Below are positions 1 to 8,399 of a stretch of 32,000 nucleotides of DNA, one piece after another. The notes beneath the pieces are model-generated. The model made no database searches. It was not told the DNA's origin and was given only the letters and a program-made list of their open reading frames with translations. The number at the start of each line of letters is the position of its first letter. Position 1 is the first letter of the stretch. Origin of the DNA: Cupriavidus necator (GTDB lineage: Bacteria > Pseudomonadota > Gammaproteobacteria > Burkholderiales > Burkholderiaceae); NCBI RefSeq assembly GCF_016127575.1, contig NZ_CP066019.1, positions 690,001 to 722,000 on the forward strand, in the 5' to 3' direction. Both the position numbers and the translations under genes were made by a program.

Positions 1-138
1 CAGGGCCTGACCACCGCGGCCAGCATCTGGATGGTCGCGGCCATCGGCGTGGCTGCCGGCCTGGGTCGCGATACCACCGCGGTGATCGCCACCATTTTCA
101 CGCTGGTCATCCTGCAGGTCCTGCAGCGCTGGAAATAG
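1..138 (+). CDS. MgtC/SapB family membrane protein, C-terminal 45 codons (5' end outside window)
   Basis: Frame 1 is open from base 1 to TAG at 136-138. The translation QGLTTAASIWMVAAIGVAAGLGRDTTAVIATIFTLVILQVLQRWK has the GLTTAAS.W..A.IG..G signature of the last helices of MgtC/SapB proteins. Confidence 0.6.
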   Translation, partial: QGLTTAASIWMVAAIGVAAGLGRDTTAVIATIFTLVILQVLQRWK

Positions 139-334
139 CGCACCCGCGCCCGGTGCATCCGGCACCCCGTGCCGCCCGGCGTGCGCCGGTCTGTTCGCTT
201 GCCCGCCAATTTGCGTCATTTCCCACAGTAATGCGCGCCAGCGCACGCTGCCCGCGCGCGCTGCGCCCTATGCTGTGGCACAGGTTGCGCCGCGATCCAC
301 AGGCGCGGCCGTGGCAGAGCAGGGGGAGGCAGCC

Positions 335-841
335 ATGAAATCATCGATCCGTGACGATGCGGCGCTGGCCGCATTCGTGGGGCCGCGCTATGCGTACTAC
401 AGCCAGCGCTGGTCCCTGGCAGAGGCACGCGGCGGCATGTCGTGGAACTGGGCGGCGTGCCTGCTGGGGCCGTTCTGGATGGCCTACCGGCGCATGTACT
501 GGCAGGTGGGGGTCTATGCGCTGATCGTCTGCGCCGAACCGGTGCTGCACGCGCTGTTCGGGCTGAAGATGCCGCTGGCGGTCCGGCCGATGCTGTATGC
601 CATGGCGCTGCTGCTGGGCATGTATGGCAACCAGATCTACCGCTGGCATGCCGAGGCGACCATCCGGCACCTGCGCGAGTACCATTTCTCACCGGAACTG
701 GTGCACGACTCGCTGGCGCGCTGTGGCCGCACCAGCTGGCCCGGTGTGTTCGCCATGGGCCTGCTGCTGGTGGTGATGGCGGTGTCGCTGAGCCCGCTGG
801 CGGGGCTGGTGGTGCAGGGCGGCGGGCTGGCCGCCGGCTGA
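335..841 (+). CDS. DUF2628-like small membrane protein (168 aa)
   Basis: ATG at 335 is preceded by AGGGGGAGG (321-329); the longer 275 start has no RBS. The product has the YYxxxW...SWNWAAxLxGPFWxxYRxMY motif and hydrophobic helices typical of DUF2628 proteins. Confidence 0.7.
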   Translation: MKSSIRDDAALAAFVGPRYAYYSQRWSLAEARGGMSWNWAACLLGPFWMAYRRMYWQVGVYALIVCAEPVLHALFGLKMPLAVRPMLYAMALLLGMYGNQIYRWHAEATIRHLREYHFSPELVHDSLARCGRTSWPGVFAMGLLLVVMAVSLSPLAGLVVQGGGLAAG

Positions 842-862
842 ACGGTCGGCGGCTTCCCTGAT

Positions 863-1765
863 TTACACGGGCTCGCGCGCCGCGTCGACCAGGTACTGGA
901 TCAGGGTTTCGGCAAACTGGGGCAGTTCGCGCCCCGGGCGGCGCACCAGGCGCAGTTCGCGCTTGGCCCATTCGTCTTCCAGCTGGATAAAGCGCAGCAC
1001 CTTGCGGCTGGCGTAGCGGCGCGCGCAGCTGTTGGGCACGATGGCGATGCCCGCGCCGGCCTCGACCATGCGGCATACGGCATCGAAGCTGCCCACCTGG
1101 ATGCGCAGGCTGATGCGCTTGCCCATGCCGCCGGCGATGCGGTCCAGGAACGACTGGATCGCGCTGAACTGGTTCAGGCCGACAAAGCGGCAGGTATCGA
1201 GCAGGTCGGCGAAATGCAGCCGCTTGAAGGCCGGCAGCGGGTGGTTGACCGGTGCAATCACGATCAGCTCATCGCTGCACAGGTGCATCGCGTCCAGGTC
1301 CTGGGTGGCGACTTCACCGGCCACGATGCCCAGGTCGGCGGCGCCGGCGCTGATGGCCGAGACGATTTCCTGCGACAGGTGCTCTTCCAGCTCGATGTCC
1401 ACGTCCGGGTTCTCGCTCAGGAAGCGCGATACGCCGGTGGCCAGGAACGAGTTGGTGGCGGTGGTGTTGGCCAGCAGCCGCACCCGGCCCTTGACGCCCT
1501 TGGCATAGGGCCGCAGGTCGGCGTGCAGGCATTCCAGTTCGCGGAAGACCTCGCGCGCGTGGCGCAGCAGCGCATCGCCCGCCGGCGTCAGGCGCACCCC
1601 CTTGACCTGGCGGATCAGCAATTGTGTCTGGAACGCCTCTTCCAGTTGCTTGATCCGGGTGCTGGCCGCGGGCAGCGACAGGAAGCTGCGTTCGGCCGCG
1701 CGGGTCAGGTTCTCCGTCTCGCCAACGTTCAGGAAGAGGCGGAGGTCGGTCAGGTCGTAATGCAT
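863..1765 (-). CDS. LysR family transcriptional regulator (300 aa)
   Basis: N-terminal wHTH (MHYDLTDLRLFLNVGETENLTRAAERSFLSLPAASTRIKQLE) followed by a LysR substrate-binding domain. It is divergent from the SDR/CoA-transferase pair. Confidence 0.9.
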   Translation of the reverse strand: MHYDLTDLRLFLNVGETENLTRAAERSFLSLPAASTRIKQLEEAFQTQLLIRQVKGVRLTPAGDALLRHAREVFRELECLHADLRPYAKGVKGRVRLLANTTATNSFLATGVSRFLSENPDVDIELEEHLSQEIVSAISAGAADLGIVAGEVATQDLDAMHLCSDELIVIAPVNHPLPAFKRLHFADLLDTCRFVGLNQFSAIQSFLDRIAGGMGKRISLRIQVGSFDAVCRMVEAGAGIAIVPNSCARRYASRKVLRFIQLEDEWAKRELRLVRRPGRELPQFAETLIQYLVDAAREPV

Positions 1766-1955
1766 GGGCTTCCGTCAGGCCAAAGGCCAGTTTTGTGATT
1801 CGTGAATTCCAAAGTCTCGGCCGTCAATTTATCGTATCCACTGCGGCGTGGACATCCGGATTGACCGCACCGGCGGGCGAATGCCCGCGGCGCAGGGGTG
1901 TTTCGCCGGGTTTGCGGTCGGTGACCGCACAAAAAGTATTCAGAGGAGCAACGCA
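1766..1955. promoter_or_regulatory. Divergent LysR / SDR promoter region with a short inverted repeat ATTC-N2-GAAT (1798-1807)
   Basis: 190-bp gap between divergent genes, locally AT-richer than its flanks. The inverted repeat ATTCGTGAAT overlaps a GAATTC palindrome. Assigning it as a LysR box is a guess. Confidence 0.3.
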
Positions 1956-2870
1956 ATGAGCGGTTTGATGGCAGGCAAGGTCGCGCTGGTGACGGGCGCA
2001 GGTGGTGGAATCGGGCGCGGCATCGCGCTGGCACTGGCCGCCGCCGGCGCCAAGGTGGTGGTCAACGACCTCGGCGTGTCGATGACCGGCGAGGGCGGCG
2101 ACGCCGGCCCCGCTCAGCGCGTGGTGGAGGAAATCCGCGCCGCCGGCGGCGAGGCCGTGGCCAATACCGACAGCGTGTCGACCTGGAACGGCGCCAATGC
2201 CATCGTGCAATGCGCGCTGGACAACTTCGGCCGCATCGACGCCGTGGTCAACAACGCCGGCAACCTGCGCGACCGCATGTTCTTCAAGATGAATGAAGAA
2301 GAATGGCGCTCGGTGATCGACGTGCACCTGCACGGCACCTTCTTCGTCAGCCGCGCCGCGGCCAGCTACTTCAAGGACCAGGAGAGCGGCGCCTACGTGC
2401 ACATGACCTCGACCTCGGGCCTGATCGGCAACCTGGGCCAGGCCAACTACTCGGCGGCCAAGCTGGGCATTGCCGCGCTGTCCAAGTCGATCGCGCTGGA
2501 CATGCAGCGCTTCAATGTGCGCTCGAACTGCATCGCGCCGTTCGCCTGGAGCCGCATGACCAGCTCGATCCCGGCCGAAACGCCGGAAGAGAAAGCGCGC
2601 GTGGCCAAGCTGCAGAAGATGGAAGCCGGCAAGATCGCGCCGGTGGCGGTCTACCTTGCCAGCCCGGCCGCCAGCGAAGTCAACGGCCAGATCTTCGCGG
2701 TGCGTGCCAACGAGATCATCCTGATGAGCCAGCCGCGCCCGGTGCGCTCGGTGCACATGAGCGATGGCTGGACGCCTGAAACCGTGGGCGAGATCGCCAT
2801 GCCGGCGATGCGCAACAGCTTCTTCAAGCTGGAGCGTTCGCCCGATGTGATCAGCTGGGACCCGATCTGA
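1956..2870 (+). CDS. SDR family NAD(P)-dependent oxidoreductase (304 aa), resembling the dehydrogenase domain of MFE-2-type hydroxyacyl-CoA dehydrogenases
   Basis: ATG 1956 is preceded by AGAGGAG (1942-1948). It has the cofactor motif VTGAGGGIGRG, NNAG, and catalytic S...YSAAK. A C-terminal extension of about 60 aa lies beyond the classical SDR core. Confidence 0.85.
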   Translation: MSGLMAGKVALVTGAGGGIGRGIALALAAAGAKVVVNDLGVSMTGEGGDAGPAQRVVEEIRAAGGEAVANTDSVSTWNGANAIVQCALDNFGRIDAVVNNAGNLRDRMFFKMNEEEWRSVIDVHLHGTFFVSRAAASYFKDQESGAYVHMTSTSGLIGNLGQANYSAAKLGIAALSKSIALDMQRFNVRSNCIAPFAWSRMTSSIPAETPEEKARVAKLQKMEAGKIAPVAVYLASPAASEVNGQIFAVRANEIILMSQPRPVRSVHMSDGWTPETVGEIAMPAMRNSFFKLERSPDVISWDPI

Positions 2871-4114
2871 TGGCGGGCAGCCAGGCCGCGGCGCACGGCG
2901 CGCTTGCCGGCGTGCGGGTGCTGGACCTGTCGCGCATCCTGGCCGGTCCCTGGTGCGCGCAGAACCTGGCGGACCTGGGCGCCGAAGTCATCAAGGTGGA
3001 GCGGCCCGGCGCGGGCGACGACACCCGTTCGTGGGGGCCGCCCTGGCTGCCCGGCGCGGACGGGCAGCCGTCGCGCGACGCCACCTACTTTGCCGGCGCC
3101 AACCGCGGCAAGCAGTCGGTGACGCTCGATATCGCCAGCCCGCAAGGGCAGGAGATTGTGCGCGAACTGGCGGCCAAGTCGCAGATCGTGCTGGAGAACT
3201 ACAAGGTCGGCGACCTGAAGCGCTACGGGCTGGACTATGACAGCCTCAAGGCGATCAACCCGTCCATCGTCTACTGCTCGATCACGGGCTACGGCCAGAC
3301 CGGGCCGAGCGCGCACAAGCCCGGCTATGACTTCATCTTCCAGGGCCTGGGCGGCCTGATGAGCGTCACCGGCGAGCGCGACGACCTGCCCGGCGGCGGG
3401 CCGCAGAAGGTGGGCGTGGCGGTGGTCGACATGCTTACCGGCATGTATGCCACCGTGGCCGTGCTGGCCGCGTTGCGCCATGCCGAGCGCACCGGCGAGG
3501 GCCAGCATATCGACATGGCGCTGCTCGATGCGGTGGTGGCGGTCGGCGCCACGCCGATCATCGCCCAGCGCGTGACCGGCAAGGCCATGCCGCGCTACGG
3601 CAATGCGCACGCCAATATGGTGCCCTACCATGTGTTCGCCACCGCCGACGGCTACATGATCGTGGCGGCCGGTAACGACGGGCAGTGGCAGGCGTATTGC
3701 CGCGGCGTCGAGCGTCCCGACCTGGCCGCCGACGAGCGCTTTGCCACCGGCCCCGGCCGCATCATCCATCGCGACACGCTGGTGCCGCTGCTCGAGGCGC
3801 ATATGCGCACGCGGCCGACGGCGCACTGGGTGCAGGCGCTGGAAGCGCAGGGCATCCCGTGCGGGCCGATCAACGACTACGGCCAGGTGCTGGAAGACCC
3901 GCAGGTGCGGCATCGCGAGCTGCAGGTCGACCTGGTGCGCGACGACGGCAGCCTGTGCCCGACCGTCAAGAGCCCGTTGCGGCTGTCGGCAACCCCGGTG
4001 CAATACGACGCACCGCCGCCGCGGCTGGGCGAGCATACCGAACAGGTGCTGGAATCGGTGCTGGGTATGTCGGCCGAGCGCATCGCCAGGCTGCGCGAGC
4101 AAGGCGTGGTCTGA
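2870..4114 (+). CDS. CaiB/BaiF family III CoA-transferase (414 aa)
   Basis: The N-terminus LAGVRVLDLSRILAGPWCAQNLADLGAEVIKVERPGAGDDTRSWGPP and the GVAVVDMLTG segment (conserved Asp) are typical of family III CoA-transferases. The start overlaps the SDR stop by 1 nt (TGATG). Confidence 0.9.
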   Translation: MAGSQAAAHGALAGVRVLDLSRILAGPWCAQNLADLGAEVIKVERPGAGDDTRSWGPPWLPGADGQPSRDATYFAGANRGKQSVTLDIASPQGQEIVRELAAKSQIVLENYKVGDLKRYGLDYDSLKAINPSIVYCSITGYGQTGPSAHKPGYDFIFQGLGGLMSVTGERDDLPGGGPQKVGVAVVDMLTGMYATVAVLAALRHAERTGEGQHIDMALLDAVVAVGATPIIAQRVTGKAMPRYGNAHANMVPYHVFATADGYMIVAAGNDGQWQAYCRGVERPDLAADERFATGPGRIIHRDTLVPLLEAHMRTRPTAHWVQALEAQGIPCGPINDYGQVLEDPQVRHRELQVDLVRDDGSLCPTVKSPLRLSATPVQYDAPPPRLGEHTEQVLESVLGMSAERIARLREQGVV

Positions 4115-4260
4115 TTGGTGACGGATGCCTGGCAGGCAACTGCCGGGCACTGCCTGCTTCCGGGCGGATCACCAGGCCTCTGCACAAAGTCCCCCCATCG
4201 CCTAGGCTGTCTGGGTAGCGGCCCGAACCGTGATTCCCGGGTTCCCCACAGGAGACAGCC

Positions 4261-4467
4261 ATGAACGAAGAGACCTTCAACCTCAGCATCCGCAAGTTCC
4301 TGAAGGTGGTCGGCGTCAGCTCACAGCGCGAGATCGAACAGGCGATAGCCAGGGCCATGGCCGACGGTACCATCGCCGGCAACGAACATTTGCCGGTGTC
4401 GGTGACGCTGGAACTGGCGGGTGTCAAGCTCCAGGCGCGCTTCGAGGGTGAAATCCAGCTTGAGTAA
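4261..4467 (+). CDS. Small hypothetical protein (68 aa), DUF6494-like from memory
   Basis: Good RBS GGAGA (4251-4255) six nt before the ATG. Coding-like composition, no cysteine. It resembles small conserved Burkholderiales proteins starting MNE..FN.SIRKFLK.VGV.SQREIEQA. Confidence 0.6.
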   Translation: MNEETFNLSIRKFLKVVGVSSQREIEQAIARAMADGTIAGNEHLPVSVTLELAGVKLQARFEGEIQLE

Positions 4468-4515
4468 GGCGGTCATGGCGGTGCTCGTTTTGGTTCTGTT
4501 TCTTGCGTGAAACGC

Positions 4516-4548
4516 CAAAAGGATGACCCCGCCCGGTCCTTTTGTTGC
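4516..4548 (+). terminator. Candidate intrinsic terminator after the 68-aa ORF
   Basis: CAAAAG(gat)GACC-ccgcc-GGTCCTTTTG hairpin running into TTTTGTTG. The stem is interrupted and short. Confidence 0.3.
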
Positions 4549-4760
4549 GCCATCTGATCCATCCGCAGTATGGGCGCGCAGGACCCCTTCACATATTCTT
4601 CCCGGAAACGTTGAACCAATGGGACCGGGGGGAAACCATGGCTGGATGCAACGAGCGCATGCATTGCGCAGGGGGCGCGGTATGCGCAGGCCGTGCAACG
4701 CTATGTGCGCAAGGGCGGGTCACTCGCCACGCGCCGCTCTGAGGGGCGGGGGCCGTTGCC

Positions 4761-6953
4761 ATGCATGCCGCCGCCGCGCCCGCAAGGAACATCGAGGACA
4801 CCGGCTGGAACCTGCCGGATCCGGCAGGTCGGCACGCGCGCCCCGATGATCCGCTGCTGGCGTGCCTGCTCTGGCTGGCCCGGCGCTTCCAGCGGCCAGT
4901 CGCGGCCGAAGCCCTGATTGCGGGCCTGCCGCTGGAGGCGGAGCGCCTGACCCCTGTCTTGTTTCCACGCGCGGCCGCACGCGCGGGCATGTCGGCCCGG
5001 CTGGTCAAGCGCCCGCTGGGCGACATCCCGGACCTGGTGCTGCCCGCCATCCTGCTGCTCGACCAGGGCGAGGCCTGCGTATTGCTGCGCCGTGGCGACG
5101 TGGGCATGCTGCTGGTCTCGCAGCCGGAGTGGGGCGACGGCGAGCAGCCGGTCCGCCAGGAAGACCTGCTGGCCCGGTACACCGGCCATGCCATCTTTGC
5201 CCGGCCCGCGCACCGCTTCGAGGCGGCGGACGATGCCGGGCCGACGTCGCCACATGGATGGTTCTGGGGCGTGATGCGCCAGTCGTGGCCGCTCTATGGC
5301 GAGGTGCTGGTTGCCTCGCTGCTGCTCAGCCTGTTCGCGCTGGTCATGCCGCTGTTCACCATGAACGTCTATGACCGTGTGGTGCCGAACCATGCGCTGG
5401 AAACGCTGTGGGCACTGGCCATCGGTGTGGGCCTGGTGCTTGGCTTCGAGCTGGTGATGCGCACGCTGCGGGGCTATTTTGTCGACGTAGCGGGCCGGCG
5501 CATCGATGTCACGGTCTCCGCGACGGTGTTCGAGAAGGTGCTGGGCATCGAGATGAAGGCGCGGCCGGCGTCGGTGGGCAGCCTGAGCAGCCAGCTGCAT
5601 GAATTCGAGTCGGTGCGCGAGTTCCTGACCTCGGCCACCATCACGACCCTGGTCGACCTTCCGTTCGCCGCGGTCTTCATTGCGGCCATGTTCTGGGTCG
5701 GTGGCCCGCTGGCCTGGGTGCCGCTGCTGGCGGTGCCGCTGGTGATCGGCACCAGCCTGCTGCTGCAGGGACCGCTGTCGCGCGCGGTGCGCGCCAGCAG
5801 CGCCTGCGCGGCCCAGCGCCAGGCCGCACTGGTCGAAACCCTGGTGGGGCTGGAGACCGTCAAGACCAGCGGTGCCGAAGGTGCCGCCCAGCGCAAATGG
5901 GAGCAGGTGGTCGGGCAGATGGCGCAACTGGGGCTGCGCGCGCGGCTGCTCTCCGCCTGCGTGATCAACTTCTCGCTGTTCGCCCAGCAGGCCGCCACGC
6001 TGGTGGTGGTGGTGATCGGCGTCTACCTGATCGCCGACGACCGGCTGACCACGGGCGGCCTGATTGCCTGCACCATCCTTGCCGGCCGCGCGCTGGCGCC
6101 GCTGTCGCAAGTGGCGGGGCTGACCACCCGCTATCACCAGGCGCGCACCGCGCTGGCCGGTATCGACCGCATGATGGCGCTGCCCGTCGAGCGCCCGCCC
6201 GGCAAGCACTTCCTGCACCGTCCGCCGCTGCGCGGCGAGATCGAGTTCCGGCAGGTCAGCTTTCGCTATCCGGGCCGCGACATCGCGGCACTGGATGGGG
6301 TCTCGTTCCGCATTGCCAGCGGCGAGCGGGTTGGCCTGATAGGCCGCATCGGCTCAGGCAAGACCACCATCGAGAAGCTGATCCTTGGCCTGTACGCACC
6401 GGATGCCGGCACCGTGCTGGTCGACGGCGCGGAGGTGCGCCAGCTGGACCCGGCCGCGTTGCGGCGCGACATCGGCTATGTGCCGCAGGACGTGATGCTG
6501 TTCAGCGGGACGCTGCGCGACAACATCGTGATGGGCGCCCCGTACACCGACGACGAAGCGGTGCTGCGCGCGGCGCGCCTGGGCGGCGTGAGCGACTTTG
6601 TCGATCGCCTGCCGGACGGCTATCACTTGCGCCTGGGAGAGCGCGGCGAAGGCCTGTCGGGCGGCCAGCGCCAGGCCATTGCCATTGCCCGTGCCGAGTT
6701 GCTGCAGCCGCCGCTGCTGCTGCTCGACGAACCCAGCAGCGCCATGGACAACCGCACCGAGGAGCAGTTCAAGGCGCGCCTGGCCTTAGCGCTGGGCGGG
6801 CGCACGCTGATCCTGGTCACGCATCGCGGCTCGCTGCTCAGCCTGGTCGATCGCCTGATCGTGATGGACCAGGGCCGTATCGTCGCCGATGGTCCCAAGG
6901 CCGAAGTCCTGAACGCGCTCGCGGGGAGGAAGCTCCATGTCGCTTCAGCCTGA
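4761..6953 (+). CDS. Type I secretion system permease/ATPase, LssB/HlyB-like, with an N-terminal C39-like domain (730 aa)
   Basis: The N-terminal 150 aa (DDPLLACLLWLARRFQRPVAAEALIAGLPL...LTPVLFPRAAARAGMSARLVKRPL) resemble the peptidase-like domain of T1SS ABC exporters. A six-helix TMD follows, then an NBD with Walker A GRIGSGKTT, signature LSGGQRQ and Walker B LLLLDEP. Confidence 0.9.
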   Translation: MHAAAAPARNIEDTGWNLPDPAGRHARPDDPLLACLLWLARRFQRPVAAEALIAGLPLEAERLTPVLFPRAAARAGMSARLVKRPLGDIPDLVLPAILLLDQGEACVLLRRGDVGMLLVSQPEWGDGEQPVRQEDLLARYTGHAIFARPAHRFEAADDAGPTSPHGWFWGVMRQSWPLYGEVLVASLLLSLFALVMPLFTMNVYDRVVPNHALETLWALAIGVGLVLGFELVMRTLRGYFVDVAGRRIDVTVSATVFEKVLGIEMKARPASVGSLSSQLHEFESVREFLTSATITTLVDLPFAAVFIAAMFWVGGPLAWVPLLAVPLVIGTSLLLQGPLSRAVRASSACAAQRQAALVETLVGLETVKTSGAEGAAQRKWEQVVGQMAQLGLRARLLSACVINFSLFAQQAATLVVVVIGVYLIADDRLTTGGLIACTILAGRALAPLSQVAGLTTRYHQARTALAGIDRMMALPVERPPGKHFLHRPPLRGEIEFRQVSFRYPGRDIAALDGVSFRIASGERVGLIGRIGSGKTTIEKLILGLYAPDAGTVLVDGAEVRQLDPAALRRDIGYVPQDVMLFSGTLRDNIVMGAPYTDDEAVLRAARLGGVSDFVDRLPDGYHLRLGERGEGLSGGQRQAIAIARAELLQPPLLLLDEPSSAMDNRTEEQFKARLALALGGRTLILVTHRGSLLSLVDRLIVMDQGRIVADGPKAEVLNALAGRKLHVASA

Positions 6954-8325
6954 TCCGCAACGCATGGGGCCAGTGCGGCGCCTGATCGCCGCGCTGAGGC
7001 CACGTGCCGACGACACCGCCTTCATGTGCGAGCGCGATGCGGCCACGATGGCGCAACCGCGCTATTTCACGCACTGGATCCTCTGGTCCGCCCTGGTCTT
7101 CGTGCTGGTGGCGCTGGCCTGGGCCGCGCTGGCGCGGGTGGACGAGGTGGCCGTGGGCGAGGGCAAGGTGATCCCGTCGAGCCAGGTGCAGGTGGTGCAG
7201 AACCTCGAAGGCGGGATCATCGCCGAGATCATGGTGCGACCGGGGCAGGTGGTGAACAAGGACCAGCCGCTGATGCGCATCGACGATACACGCTTCACGG
7301 CTTCATACCAGGAAGGCCGCACCAGGGACGATGCGCTGGTGGCACGCATTGCGCGCCTGAGCGCCGAGGCCGACGGCACGGCGTTCGTGGCGAGCGCGCC
7401 GGCCGATGCCGAGGGCCGCCGCTTCGTGTCCGAGGAGCGCGCGCTGTTCGAGTCACGCAAGCGCGCGTTCGATGCCAATCTCGCCGTGCTGCGCCAGCAG
7501 TCCGAGCAGCGGCGGCAGGAGCTGACCGAGAAGCGCTCGCGCGAGCAGCAACTGCGGCAGAGCCATCGGCTGGTGGCACAGGAGCTGGCCATGATGCGCC
7601 CGATGATGGCGCAGGGCGTCGTGTCCGAGGTCGACCTGCTGCGGCTGGAGCGCCAGGCCAATGACCTGAAAGGCGAGCTCGAGGCCGCGCGGCTCGCCAT
7701 GCCGCGCCTGGAGGCCGCCTACCGCGAGAGCCAGCAAAAAGCCGACGAACTGGGCACGCATTATCGTGCCGAGGCCATGAAAGAGCTCAACCAGGCCAAG
7801 GCCGAACAGGCCGCGCAGAGCGCCACCAACACCGCGCTGCAGGACCGCGTCGACCGTACCCTGGTACGCGCCCCGCTTGCGGGCGTCATCAAGCAGATCA
7901 AGATCAATACCGTTGGCGGCGTGGTGCAGCCCGGCATGGATCTGCTGGAGATCGTCCCGCTGGAAGACACGCTGCTGGTAGAGGCGCGCGTGCGGCCTGC
8001 CGACATTGCCTTCCTGCGGCCCGGCCAGCCGGCGGTGGTCAAGCTGTCGGCCTATGACTTTTCGATCTATGGCGGCTTTGCCGGCACCGTGGAGCATATC
8101 AGCGCCGATACGCTGACACCGGAGCGCCCGGGCGAGCGCCCGGAAAGCTACTACCTGGTGCGCGTGCGCACGCGCGACAACCGGCCAGGCGGCAGTGCCG
8201 TGCAGGTGCCCATCCTGCCCGGCATGGTGGCGACGGTCGATGTGCTGACCGGGCAGAAGACGGTGCTCCATTACCTGCTCAAGCCCATCATCAAGACCAG
8301 GGAACTGGCGTTCCGGGAACGATAA
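6937..8325 (+). CDS. HlyD family type I secretion periplasmic adaptor (462 aa)
   Basis: RBS GGGGAGGAAG (6923-6932). It overlaps the ABC gene by 17 nt. It has a single N-terminal TM helix (HWILWSALVFVLVALAWAAL), a long coiled-coil region and a C-terminal barrel, with motifs such as VRAPLAGVIKQI and PGMVATVDVLTGQKTVLHYLLKP. Confidence 0.9.
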   Translation: MSLQPDPQRMGPVRRLIAALRPRADDTAFMCERDAATMAQPRYFTHWILWSALVFVLVALAWAALARVDEVAVGEGKVIPSSQVQVVQNLEGGIIAEIMVRPGQVVNKDQPLMRIDDTRFTASYQEGRTRDDALVARIARLSAEADGTAFVASAPADAEGRRFVSEERALFESRKRAFDANLAVLRQQSEQRRQELTEKRSREQQLRQSHRLVAQELAMMRPMMAQGVVSEVDLLRLERQANDLKGELEAARLAMPRLEAAYRESQQKADELGTHYRAEAMKELNQAKAEQAAQSATNTALQDRVDRTLVRAPLAGVIKQIKINTVGGVVQPGMDLLEIVPLEDTLLVEARVRPADIAFLRPGQPAVVKLSAYDFSIYGGFAGTVEHISADTLTPERPGERPESYYLVRVRTRDNRPGGSAVQVPILPGMVATVDVLTGQKTVLHYLLKPIIKTRELAFRER

Positions 8326-8399
8326 GAGCGGGCGGTTTGCCCACGACGACAACAAGCAAGGCATGGCCAGCAGGCTGGCATTCAGGACGGAGAGTGATC

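Noticed and set aside
276-288. Sigma-54-like TGGCAC...TTGC upstream of the DUF2628 gene
   Set aside because: The GG-to-GC spacing is 10 nt instead of the invariant 12 nt of -24/-12 promoters.
8337-8399. Upstream start (ORF-track position 8337) for the adhesin
   Set aside because: The ATG at 8400 has a purine-rich RBS (AGGACGGAGAG). The 21 extra codons (PTTTTSKAWPAGWHSGRRVI) start 11 nt after the HlyD stop and have no RBS.
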